This document shows, piece by piece, positions 1 through 7,238 of a stretch of DNA of 14,021 bases. Within the stretch, counting starts at the first letter, position 1. The number at the start of each line of letters is the position of its first letter. The DNA is from a virus. Location: the UHGV virus genome UHGV-0240988; one strand, given 5' to 3'. Both the position numbers and the translations under genes were made by a program. The notes below the pieces were generated by a model. That model ran no database searches. It was not told the DNA's origin and worked only from the letters and a program-made list of their open reading frames with translations.

Positions 1-247
1 TCATTTTTTCATGCCAATCTCGATCATTCCCATTGCACCAACCATCAGGTGGAGTCCAGTTTTCTATCAGAGCAGCCATTTTCTTTGCTTTCGCCGGAGT
101 AGCTGTTGCGGTATCGCAGTAATGACGAGTGTCAACCAACGCATCCATACCATCGATATCAAGTACGCAAAACCATGTGTGATTCGGCATTTCAACAGAT
201 GGTATTTGTTGCCCACGTCGACGTTTATCAATAAGACATACACTCAC
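1..247 (-). CDS. Hypothetical protein, 3'-truncated by window edge (N-terminal 82 codons visible: [43 protein letters not shown]...)
   Basis: Open frame on minus strand running off the window start; GTG at 247-245 overlaps the upstream stop (GTGA) and is preceded by a strong SD AAGGAGG (260-254) with 6-nt spacing; in-frame ATG at 190. Not in the supplied ORF track because it has no stop inside the window. Confidence 0.4.
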   Translation of the reverse strand, partial: MSVCLIDKRRRGQQIPSVEMPNHTWFCVLDIDGMDALVDTRHYCDTATATPAKAKKMAALIENWTPPDGWCNGNDRDWHEKM

Positions 248-675
248 TGGTTGCCTCCTTTGCGAAGCTGGGCAGCAAAGTCACGGATAGTGTCATCAAG
301 GTCTGGGCACAACAGATGGTCAGCAAACATCTCCACGCCCTGCGCCCGTACTTCAGCCAGAAAAGCATCGGTGGCTTGGGTTTCAGTAATATCATCTTCC
401 CATTCGCTAAACTCCTCACGACAAAAGTCATTAAATTCCTTCTCAGATTGCTTAAGCGAGGAATTTTCAGCAGCCATCTTCGCGCATTTAGCCTCAAGGT
501 TATCAATCGTGATTCCAGCAGAACGACACTCCCGCAACGCCGTTTCCAGTTTTGATTCAAGTTCACCGAACTTACGGACAAGATATTCAGCATTTGTTTC
601 GTTAACCTTTAAATCTCGTGGGATGCATTTACCTTTCAGAAATCCATCCATCTCAATTAGTGACATTTGTTTCAT
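244..675 (-). CDS. Hypothetical acidic phage early-left protein (approx. 143 aa from ATG 675; track ORF 244..693 starts at GTG)
   Basis: Clean ORF, Glu/Lys-rich with coiled-coil-like composition; ATG at 675 overlaps the stop of the upstream ORF (ATGA). Same strand and orientation as the rest of the leftward operon. Confidence 0.5.
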   Translation of the reverse strand: MKQMSLIEMDGFLKGKCIPRDLKVNETNAEYLVRKFGELESKLETALRECRSAGITIDNLEAKCAKMAAENSSLKQSEKEFNDFCREEFSEWEDDITETQATDAFLAEVRAQGVEMFADHLLCPDLDDTIRDFAAQLRKGGNQ

Positions 676-854
676 TTCTTCCCACTCCGCCACATCGCAT
701 TCAGATATTTGTTGTCATTAACAGAACCGAAACTCTTTCTCTTAAGCAATTCCTCTCTCGATGGCATTGGCTTTACGCGTTGGCGAATAATCATTTCTGC
801 CGGAAGAATGCCGGGATTGTATGCAAGTCCTCTCATGGTAAATTCCTCAGTCAT
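672..854 (-). CDS. Hypothetical small protein (start uncertain: ATG 854, ATG 869 or upstream)
   Basis: Track ORF 672..977 overlaps the 847..1143 ORF in another frame; internal ATG at 854 sits 3 nt upstream of that ORF's stop (ATGACTGA), suggesting coupling. No clear SD. Confidence 0.3.
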   Translation of the reverse strand: MTEEFTMRGLAYNPGILPAEMIIRQRVKPMPSREELLKRKSFGSVNDNKYLNAMWRSGKK

Positions 855-1143
855 TACTGATAGCGCCATAGCGTGATCGATAATTACGCAGCCGCGGGTC
901 GATATATTCAGGGAAGTGGGTATATGTGGCTTTGCGGAATGGTCGGATTGATGTTTCGTTTGTTCGGTCCTTCTCATTTTTTAACGCGAGTTGTATATCG
1001 CGTCGGTACATCCGTTCTGCTTTTGTTTCTGGTGGCAGATCGATAAACGTGTCGAAAATGTTTTTGATATTTTCCAGCACCTCCGCCTTGGAGCTACCGG
1101 AGCAATTGCGCGGGTCATCCGCACCATACAGAGGCGCTGGCAT
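847..1143 (-). CDS. Hypothetical protein, 98 aa
   Basis: ORF with ATG at 1143 and an AAGG motif about 10 nt upstream; lies directly downstream of the SSB-like gene in the same operon. Confidence 0.45.
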   Translation of the reverse strand: MPAPLYGADDPRNCSGSSKAEVLENIKNIFDTFIDLPPETKAERMYRRDIQLALKNEKDRTNETSIRPFRKATYTHFPEYIDPRLRNYRSRYGAISND

Positions 1144-1166
1144 AATGGGAGCCTTATTTTCAGTAA

Positions 1167-1754
1167 TCAGAAAGCAGGGTAATCGTTCTGGCTGTAACCA
1201 TAATCATCTGCATGATTCTGGCTTACGTTTTTAGAGCGATTGTCTTTATCTTTGAGATTGGCAACCATGTTGGCGATAGTTTCTGGTTGCTTGCCTTCTG
1301 CCTTTTCTTTAAGGGTTTGACCTGTTTGTGCAATAAACGGGATGCGTATTTCCATCTGGTAGTTGTCTGCGCCAGTCTTTTTGTTTGTGGTTAATACTTT
1401 CTGGAGCACTAACCCGATTTTCTTTCCATGAAATTCAGGTGCAACAAATTTACTGGCGGAAACCATATGCTGCGTTAATTGTCCAATCCCGGCACACCCC
1501 ATCATGGCGTGAACGACATTTGCGCCAAATTTGTTTTCCGTTCCGTCATTTTTCTGAACACAGACGCTAAGATATTGGATTTTACGTCCGTCGTCGGATT
1601 CTCCAGAAAACTCAATAAATTTGGCTCCTTTTTCTGATTGCTTTAGTTCTGCTTCAGTAATGGTAATGATATGGGCGCCAGTTTCGTTAATAAAACCACC
1701 TTGCCCTGCGGTCAGTGCTGCTTCTTCGTTATAAGTAAAAATCACGTTGCTCAT
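1167..1754 (-). CDS. SSB-like / DUF669-type single-strand DNA-binding partner of Sak4
   Basis: 195-aa ORF whose ATG (1754) overlaps the sak4-like stop (ATGA); acidic aromatic C-terminal tail ...DDYGYSQNDYPAF resembling the SSB C-terminal DDDIPF tail; position immediately downstream of a Sak4-type ATPase is typical for this family. Confidence 0.55.
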   Translation of the reverse strand: MSNVIFTYNEEAALTAGQGGFINETGAHIITITEAELKQSEKGAKFIEFSGESDDGRKIQYLSVCVQKNDGTENKFGANVVHAMMGCAGIGQLTQHMVSASKFVAPEFHGKKIGLVLQKVLTTNKKTGADNYQMEIRIPFIAQTGQTLKEKAEGKQPETIANMVANLKDKDNRSKNVSQNHADDYGYSQNDYPAF

Positions 1755-2431
1755 GCGGCGTTTTCCTTAATTTGATGAACATTATTGATGCCGTAGTAAT
1801 CACAAACAGTGGCATCGACGAAAGAGAGATCGTTATCAATCTCATTGGAATCAAACATTCCCATTGGGGATTTGACAGTGTCTGCACCGTTGTTTTTCGT
1901 GGTGAAAAAGAACTGGTCATCGCGGGTAAGAGTGCGAAGAACTATAGTAAACATGCCTTCGACAGTGATTTTCTCGTCCAGCATTTTGCCGATAGTTTTC
2001 ATTTTCACGCGCCCCATAGGGGTTTCTTCGGTATGTGCAAGAAAATAGACTCTCAGGTCATCAGGTGCATCCTGTGCAGCCTTAATCACCTCCCATGCGT
2101 GGCGGCCTATCTCAGTGAATTTATCAAACGATTTTTCTTCTGAGCGGCGCATAAACTCATTGCTCATCACATACTGGAAGTCATCAACAATAACGATTCT
2201 TTTTCCGTATTCGTGAGCACGCTTAATTGCAGCAACTATTACGTCCCATTTGTCAGTGGTAACTACGGTTCCTTTTTTTGCTCTGGCATCCCATGCCAGC
2301 CAGTCTTTTGATTTAAATGGAAGCGGCTTGCCTATTGGTTTTATAAGTATTGCTTCCTCTGGATTGATATTTCTCATGCTGGTTGATTTTCCGGTGCCAG
2401 ATTCACCGAGTATTAATGTCGCAGTTCCCAT
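1751..2431 (-). CDS. Sak4-like RecA-fold ssDNA annealing ATPase (AAA_24 family)
   Basis: 226 aa; Walker A LILGESGTGKST near the N-terminus, Walker B RIVIVDD; size and motif order typical of phage Sak4 recombinases; GAGG SD 7 nt upstream of ATG 2431; occupies the position of lambda bet/exo. Confidence 0.7.
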   Translation of the reverse strand: MGTATLILGESGTGKSTSMRNINPEEAILIKPIGKPLPFKSKDWLAWDARAKKGTVVTTDKWDVIVAAIKRAHEYGKRIVIVDDFQYVMSNEFMRRSEEKSFDKFTEIGRHAWEVIKAAQDAPDDLRVYFLAHTEETPMGRVKMKTIGKMLDEKITVEGMFTIVLRTLTRDDQFFFTTKNNGADTVKSPMGMFDSNEIDNDLSFVDATVCDYYGINNVHQIKENAA

Positions 2432-2439
2432 AATTTGCC

Positions 2440-2628
2440 TCAGAATGGTAATTCGGATGGGGAGGAAAGAAACTCACGCTCATTCATGCGCTCTCTTTGT
2501 GCCTGCCATAAGCAAAGTTGTTTCTTTGATTTATCTCCCGCTTTACGCCAGTAACGAGCCTCAGCAATGTGATATTCTCTTTTTAATCGACTTAACTCTG
2601 GAGTTTTCGCCAGTTCTACCGGAATCAT
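2440..2628 (-). CDS. Hypothetical small protein, 62 aa (in the position of lambda gam)
   Basis: ATG at 2628 overlaps the kil-like stop (ATGA) and is preceded by GGAGG (2638-2634) with 5-nt spacing; track ORF 2440..2640 begins 4 codons earlier. Confidence 0.45.
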   Translation of the reverse strand: MIPVELAKTPELSRLKREYHIAEARYWRKAGDKSKKQLCLWQAQRERMNEREFLSSPSELPF

Positions 2629-2738
2629 TTTGACCTCCATTTTCTGTAGGCTTCGACGGCCTCACGAAACATCTTTTCATCGCCAATAAAAGCGGCGATA
2701 GTGAATTTAGTCTGGATAGCCATAAGTGTTTTATCCAT
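2625..2738 (-). CDS. kil: Kil-like host division inhibitor (short, 37 aa)
   Basis: Peptide MDKTLMAIQTKFTIAAFIGDEKMFREAVEAYRKW... closely matches my recollection of the lambda Kil N-terminus (MDQTLMAIQTKFTIATFIGDEKMFREAVDAYKKW); lies immediately downstream of cIII as in lambda. Confidence 0.55.
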   Translation of the reverse strand: MDKTLMAIQTKFTIAAFIGDEKMFREAVEAYRKWRSK

Positions 2739-2871
2739 TCTTTGGGACTCCTGGCTGATTAAGTATGTCGATAAGGCGTTTCCATCCGTCACGTAATTTA
2801 CGGGTGATTCGTTCAAGTAAAGATTCGGAAGGGCAGCCAGCAACAGGCCACCCTGCAATGGCATATTGCAT
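2731..2871 (-). CDS. cIII: cIII (protease-inhibitor / CII-stabilising protein), 46 aa
   Basis: Peptide MQYAIAGWPVAGCPSESLLERITRKLRDGWKRLIDILNQPGVPKNG matches lambda cIII as recalled (lambda is 54 aa; this copy ends 8 residues earlier); GGAG SD 6 nt upstream of ATG 2871. Confidence 0.75.
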   Translation of the reverse strand: MQYAIAGWPVAGCPSESLLERITRKLRDGWKRLIDILNQPGVPKNG

Positions 2872-2892
2872 GGTGTGCTCCTTATTTATACA

Positions 2893-2920
2893 TAACGAAA
2901 AACGCCTCGAGTGAAGCGTT
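2893..2920 (-). terminator. Terminator-like hairpin upstream of cIII (AACGC-loop-GCGTT then UUUUCGUU on the minus-strand RNA)
   Basis: 5-bp inverted repeat 2901-2905 / 2916-2920 followed on the minus strand by a U-rich run. Confidence 0.35.
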
Positions 2921-2930
2921 ATTGGTATGC

Positions 2931-2958
2931 ATATAAAAAGGCCCTCACACTGGAGGGC
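2931..2958 (-). terminator. Rho-independent terminator-like hairpin (GCCCUC-loop-GAGGGC then CUUUUUAUAU) in the leftward operon
   Basis: 6-bp GC-rich inverted repeat 2941-2946 / 2953-2958 followed on the minus strand by a U-tract (complement of 2931-2940); sits between the 207-aa gene and cIII. Confidence 0.5.
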
Positions 2959-3092
2959 AAAGAAGATTTCCAATAATCAGAACAAGTCGGCTCCTGTTTG
3001 GTTACGAGCGACATTGCTCCGTGTATTCACTCGTTGGAATGAATACACAGTGCAGTGTTTATTCTGTTGTTTATGCCAAAAATAAAGGACGA

Positions 3093-3716
3093 TTATGCGA
3101 CCTCGGAAGGAAGTCCAATCATCTTATTCAAATCTTCTACCCGTAAAGCAGGAAGTGCTGTACTTGCTTTATCTGCTTCTTTTGGTAGCAACTCTTTGCT
3201 TTCAGGCCAAACTTCAATAAGTCGCTTAACTGTTGTGACTGAGTTCAAAGCAGCCCATACATTTGATTCGATATCCTTTTTCTTGGCTTCAAGTTTTTGT
3301 TGCAATGCGCAGATTTCATCAAACCTTTTTGTTATTTCGTGTTCTGCGCTAAACATGCATTTATCTTTGGTCGGAGTAGGGAGCAATATATCTTCGCCGT
3401 TGCCGTCTTTCCCATATGAATACCAGCCAACCCTTCTGCCAGATACAGTCAGATAAATTGAAGTTGAACGGGCATCGCATGAGTAAAATGAACATCCCAG
3501 CTTTTCAAGTTCTTCGCTTATAGCCATTAACTTGGATGATAACTGATCCACTTCCTCAGTTTTCTTTTTACCGCCAAACGCAACAACTCTGGCGTCAAGT
3601 GCAAGCTGGTTCTTTAACTTTGTTACTTCTTCAAGCTCAGTGAAAACCCCAGATTTAATTAAAGCGTTACGAGCGATTTTCTCTTTCATTCTCGTAGTTA
3701 AGCGGATTGATGACAT
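3093..3716 (-). CDS. Hypothetical protein, 207 aa (accessory gene between N and cIII, where lambda has ral/sieB/ea10)
   Basis: ATG at 3716 with GAGGAA SD about 8 nt upstream (track ORF extends to 3776); Lys/Glu-rich, no obvious transmembrane segment; no family recognised. Confidence 0.6.
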   Translation of the reverse strand: MSSIRLTTRMKEKIARNALIKSGVFTELEEVTKLKNQLALDARVVAFGGKKKTEEVDQLSSKLMAISEELEKLGCSFYSCDARSTSIYLTVSGRRVGWYSYGKDGNGEDILLPTPTKDKCMFSAEHEITKRFDEICALQQKLEAKKKDIESNVWAALNSVTTVKRLIEVWPESKELLPKEADKASTALPALRVEDLNKMIGLPSEVA

Positions 3717-3777
3717 ATTAATTCCTCTCAAATAAGTGGTTTGCTGCCTAATTTCATTTTCTGGCGACCAACACAAG

Positions 3778-4050
3778 TCATCTTGCTGTCAGTTGTTTGG
3801 ATTTCCGGTAGCCTGCCGCGTAAAGAGCTACATTTGGAAGACAAGTTGAGCCTTCATATTTTCTGGTCAACGTTGTCAGTGTTATTACTTCTGCTCTCAT
3901 TGCTGGTTTGCGCTTGCATTGCAAGACCACTCGAGAGGGGGTTGGTCTGTGTAGCTTGTCGGAGCTAATCGCCTCCTGACTTTGCAGGTTTGCGCGACGA
4001 GCTCTACGACGAGAAGCTGAGGTGCCTTTAAATTCTGTTTTTCTGGACAT
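3778..4050 (-). CDS. N: N-like transcription antitermination protein (P22 gp24-like)
   Basis: Arginine-rich motif SASRRRARRANLQ near the N-terminus and C-terminus ...VALYAAGYRKSKQLTAR resembling the P22 gene 24 C-terminus as recalled; GGAGG SD 6 nt upstream of ATG 4050; first gene downstream of pL/nutL. Confidence 0.7.
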   Translation of the reverse strand: MSRKTEFKGTSASRRRARRANLQSQEAISSDKLHRPTPSRVVLQCKRKPAMRAEVITLTTLTRKYEGSTCLPNVALYAAGYRKSKQLTAR

Positions 4051-4148
4051 AGATTCCTCCCGAATAAACTTTGGTGATGCAATCTCGAAGCTCCTCCTGA
4101 GACGGTTGCTTCGGCATTGCATCCCACAGCTTATGTGGTTGGGTGATC

Positions 4149-4194
4149 TGGCTTTTCAGCCACGTAGTCGAGAGTCGACGTTGTTTAAAGAGCC
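4149..4194 (-). promoter_or_regulatory. Candidate nutL (boxA-like GCTCTTTAA, 23-nt spacer, boxB-like hairpin UGGCU-GAAA-AGCCA)
   Basis: Read on the minus strand; same architecture and spacer length as the candidate nutR at 7108..7153, with a compensatory G-C to C-G swap in the boxB stem. Confidence 0.45.
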
Positions 4195-4229
4195 TGCCAG
4201 TCTGTTCCATTTAGCTTCCAGCGTCCTGC

Positions 4230-4302
4230 TGATGTGTTTAGTATCACCGCCGGAGGTATTTTCGTCAACACCGCTAGAGATAAAATATTACCGCAAATGG
4301 TT
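4230..4302 (-). promoter_or_regulatory. pL promoter with OL1-OL2-OL3 operators (lambda-like, diverged)
   Basis: Three 17-bp sites TATCACCGCCGGAGGTA (4242-4258), CAACACCGCTAGAGATA (4266-4282), TATTACCGCAAATGGTT (4286-4302) closely resemble lambda OL1-3 as recalled; the minus strand reads TTGACG (-35) ... GATACT (-10) ... CATCAGCAGGACGC as at lambda pL. Confidence 0.75.
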
Positions 4303-4450
4303 ATGTGCATGTTTTTACTATTGATTTATTTTTTTAAAGTTTTGCAGAGCTAGTCTGGATGTGTAGGAGCTGAATTGCGCAATGTGATAAGTGTGATTTA
4401 TATTTATTCAATAAATACAATTCGTTAGGTGTGTTTTTGACGGGCTGATG

Positions 4451-4479
4451 GTAAAAGAAAACCCGGCGCGGAGGCCGGG
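4451..4479 (-). terminator. Rho-independent terminator ending the cI-cassette transcript (tIMM-like)
   Basis: Inverted repeat CCCGGC (4462-4467) / GCCGGG (4474-4479) with 6-nt loop, followed on the minus strand by UUUUCUUUUAC; begins 16 nt after the stop of the 309-aa ORF. Confidence 0.6.
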
Positions 4480-4494
4480 CTGAAGGGGCTCATT

Positions 4495-5424
4495 CTAATC
4501 GATTGATTTAATATCCCATTGAGGTCGAGAAACCAGAGTGTATCTGGGCTTGCCCTTACCAACAGTTTTTTTCAGGAACGTGGCTGTTGCAACGCTTCCT
4601 AAGTGCTTGTTTATAATATCTGGGTCATCTACAGCTTTGTCAATGCTAGCGGTTCTGATATCAGTGTTACCTAAAACTATAAATTCACATTGGCGCTTGT
4701 TAGGAAGAGTTCCCAAAAATATAACGTTCTCAATAATTTTTTCCTGCTGAATGTTATCATTGCTGAGATGTTGATATACAGCTTCAAGCTGTTTTGGCTC
4801 TCTAAAAACGATGCTAAAACCTTGGCTTTTAAGTGTAAAAACTGTTTTATTTTCATGCAGATAATGAATGAATGCTCTGATTTTATCTAAGGCCCGAGAG
4901 TCTAAGTTTTCTATAGCATCAGACAATTCTTCATCATCATTATCCAAGCTTGCCTGAAATATTTTTCTGGCCTTATTAATAGCTTTTGCTACTGGGGTTT
5001 CTTCATCGAATTCAAGAGGAGCATCAGGTCTAAACTCTTCAAGTACGAATCCGAAAGAACCACGGGCTGACGCGGTAATCATGAGATGATTATTTTCTAT
5101 GTTTGGTATCTTGCCTGATGCAGGAAGTGGGCCATTGAAAGAGGTTGCCAAGTAAGCTATTGCATCATTAAAACAAGATATAGCTTTTGTTCCAAATACT
5201 GCTGAAATGCCATGCGTGCCAACTACTGTTGGGCCTCTAAAAGTTAACACAGCATGCGTAGGTTCATGTTCTCGAACGTCAGCTTGTGAAATTAATCGCT
5301 CAACTTTCTCCAGACGGTCTTCTAAGCTTTTTCGGCTAATAGAATGACTTGTTGGCATATTTTTTAATAGATTACTTATTTGCTCGCGCTCACTGAGAGC
5401 GAAAACATAATCATTACGATTCAT
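4495..5424 (-). CDS. Hypothetical protein, 309 aa; distal gene of the two-gene cassette in the rexA-rexB position (candidate exclusion/defence component)
   Basis: ATG 5424 overlaps the upstream gene's stop (ATGA) and has a strong SD GAGGGGG about 8 nt upstream; AT-rich relative to flanks; no Walker motifs or long hydrophobic segments seen; no family recognised. Confidence 0.7.
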   Translation of the reverse strand: MNRNDYVFALSEREQISNLLKNMPTSHSISRKSLEDRLEKVERLISQADVREHEPTHAVLTFRGPTVVGTHGISAVFGTKAISCFNDAIAYLATSFNGPLPASGKIPNIENNHLMITASARGSFGFVLEEFRPDAPLEFDEETPVAKAINKARKIFQASLDNDDEELSDAIENLDSRALDKIRAFIHYLHENKTVFTLKSQGFSIVFREPKQLEAVYQHLSNDNIQQEKIIENVIFLGTLPNKRQCEFIVLGNTDIRTASIDKAVDDPDIINKHLGSVATATFLKKTVGKGKPRYTLVSRPQWDIKSID

Positions 5425-5999
5425 TGTTTGACCCCCTCAGTAGTAGCCGAATTAAGTATAGTCATTGCCACAACATCAAGTTGTGGGTTTAACGGGATTT
5501 GGATAAATCCCTTCCACGACAGATCGCGTCTATGTGCCCACATACTGTACCAATATACAGTCATTTCAACAAGCTCATGACTTGGTAGATTAAGTTCTTG
5601 GAAGTAGGAATCTACGAAAAACTCCTTCTTAACAAAATCATGATCAAATAGCTCTGGCTTTCTACCGATTACGATTGCATCATTATCGCCATTACTGAAT
5701 TGAAAAAAGGTCACAACATCGACATCATTCGGTGGCCTTTTTTCAATAAGTTCAATATGTTCTGTGAAGCTTCCATCTACCCACTGAAAACCTTCAACTA
5801 GCCCTGCTTGAGTGAGTGAAACACGAAAGTTAAGAAAACCCTTAAGGATTTTAATCCTTGCAGGGCTAAGCGAAAAAGTACTAACAAAGCGTACTATATC
5901 CATTTTGTATGGGGAACGAGTATGGCTTGTAGGATCAGCCTCGTCTATTGGGGGGATTAACCCCATCTCATTCCATAGAGAGACAGTTGGTATACTCAA
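5421..5999 (-). CDS. Hypothetical protein, 192 aa (or about 181 aa from ATG 5966); proximal gene of the rex-slot cassette; possible minimal nucleotidyltransferase-like motif
   Basis: Track start is TTG at 5999 (AAGG 9 nt upstream); in-frame ATG at 5966. Contains ...WVDGSF-x14-DVDVV..., which loosely fits the G[SG]...[DE]h[DE]h signature of Pol-beta-superfamily nucleotidyltransferases (inference only). Confidence 0.6.
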   Translation of the reverse strand: MSIPTVSLWNEMGLIPPIDEADPTSHTRSPYKMDIVRFVSTFSLSPARIKILKGFLNFRVSLTQAGLVEGFQWVDGSFTEHIELIEKRPPNDVDVVTFFQFSNGDNDAIVIGRKPELFDHDFVKKEFFVDSYFQELNLPSHELVEMTVYWYSMWAHRRDLSWKGFIQIPLNPQLDVVAMTILNSATTEGVKQ

Positions 6000-6085
6000 T
6001 GCTTAACCTTTATAACGAACTGAATATTCGGCAAAATATTGTTTTTAGGTATTGGCTGCTGTGCTTGTCGGACGTTTATTTCGTG

Positions 6086-6802
<717 letters not shown>

Positions 6803-6809
6803 TTAAATC

Positions 6810-6875
6810 TATCACCGCAGGGGATAAATATCTAACACCGCAGATGTTGGCTATTTTACCTCTGGCGGTGATAAT
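6810..6875. promoter_or_regulatory. OR3-OR2-OR1 operators with divergent pRM (leftward) and pR (rightward) promoters
   Basis: OR3 TATCACCGCAGGGGATA (6810-6826), OR2 TAACACCGCAGATGTTG (6833-6849), OR1 TACCTCTGGCGGTGATA (6857-6873); pR -35 TTGGCT (6847-6852) and -10 GATAAT (6870-6875); cro SD TAAGGAGG follows. Confidence 0.8.
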
Positions 6876-6890
6876 GACTGTATGTACTAA

Positions 6891-7100
<210 letters not shown>

Positions 7101-7107
7101 GTAACCC

Positions 7108-7153
7108 CGCTCTTTGTAACAACGGACATTCGTCCTACGTCGCTGAAAAGCGA
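7108..7153 (+). promoter_or_regulatory. Candidate nutR (boxA CGCTCTTTG, 23-nt spacer, boxB-like hairpin UCGCU-GAAA-AGCGA)
   Basis: boxA-like CGCTCTTTG at 7108-7116 just after the cro stop; hairpin TCGCTGAAAAGCGA at 7140-7153; mirrors the nutL candidate. Confidence 0.5.
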
Positions 7154-7238
7154 GCCCCAAGATATCTGACCAACTCAGGCCATATGCGTTTCCACGCATA
7201 CCAGTCAACTAACTATTCACTATTGGAAATCTTAAGAA

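Noticed and set aside
11-721. 236-aa plus-strand ORF at the window start
   Set aside because: Ser/Arg/Cys-rich low-complexity translation lying antisense across three minus-strand genes that have proper ribosome-binding sites and coupled overlaps; treated as a shadow ORF.
3005-3035. Inverted repeat GTGTATTCA...TGAATACAC considered as a terminator
   Set aside because: No U-tract on the minus (transcribed) strand and only a weak T-rich run on the plus strand, where no gene lies upstream; possibly a protein-binding palindrome, not callable.
3055-3456. 133-aa plus-strand ORF
   Set aside because: Antisense to the 207-aa minus-strand gene, which has a proper SD; Ser/Leu-rich composition typical of an antisense frame.
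4495-5999. The cassette considered as rexA/rexB homologues
   Set aside because: Gene sizes and order (192 aa then 309 aa) do not match RexA (279 aa) then RexB (144 aa), neither product has the multiple hydrophobic helices expected of RexB, and I see no sequence resemblance; treated as a distinct cassette.
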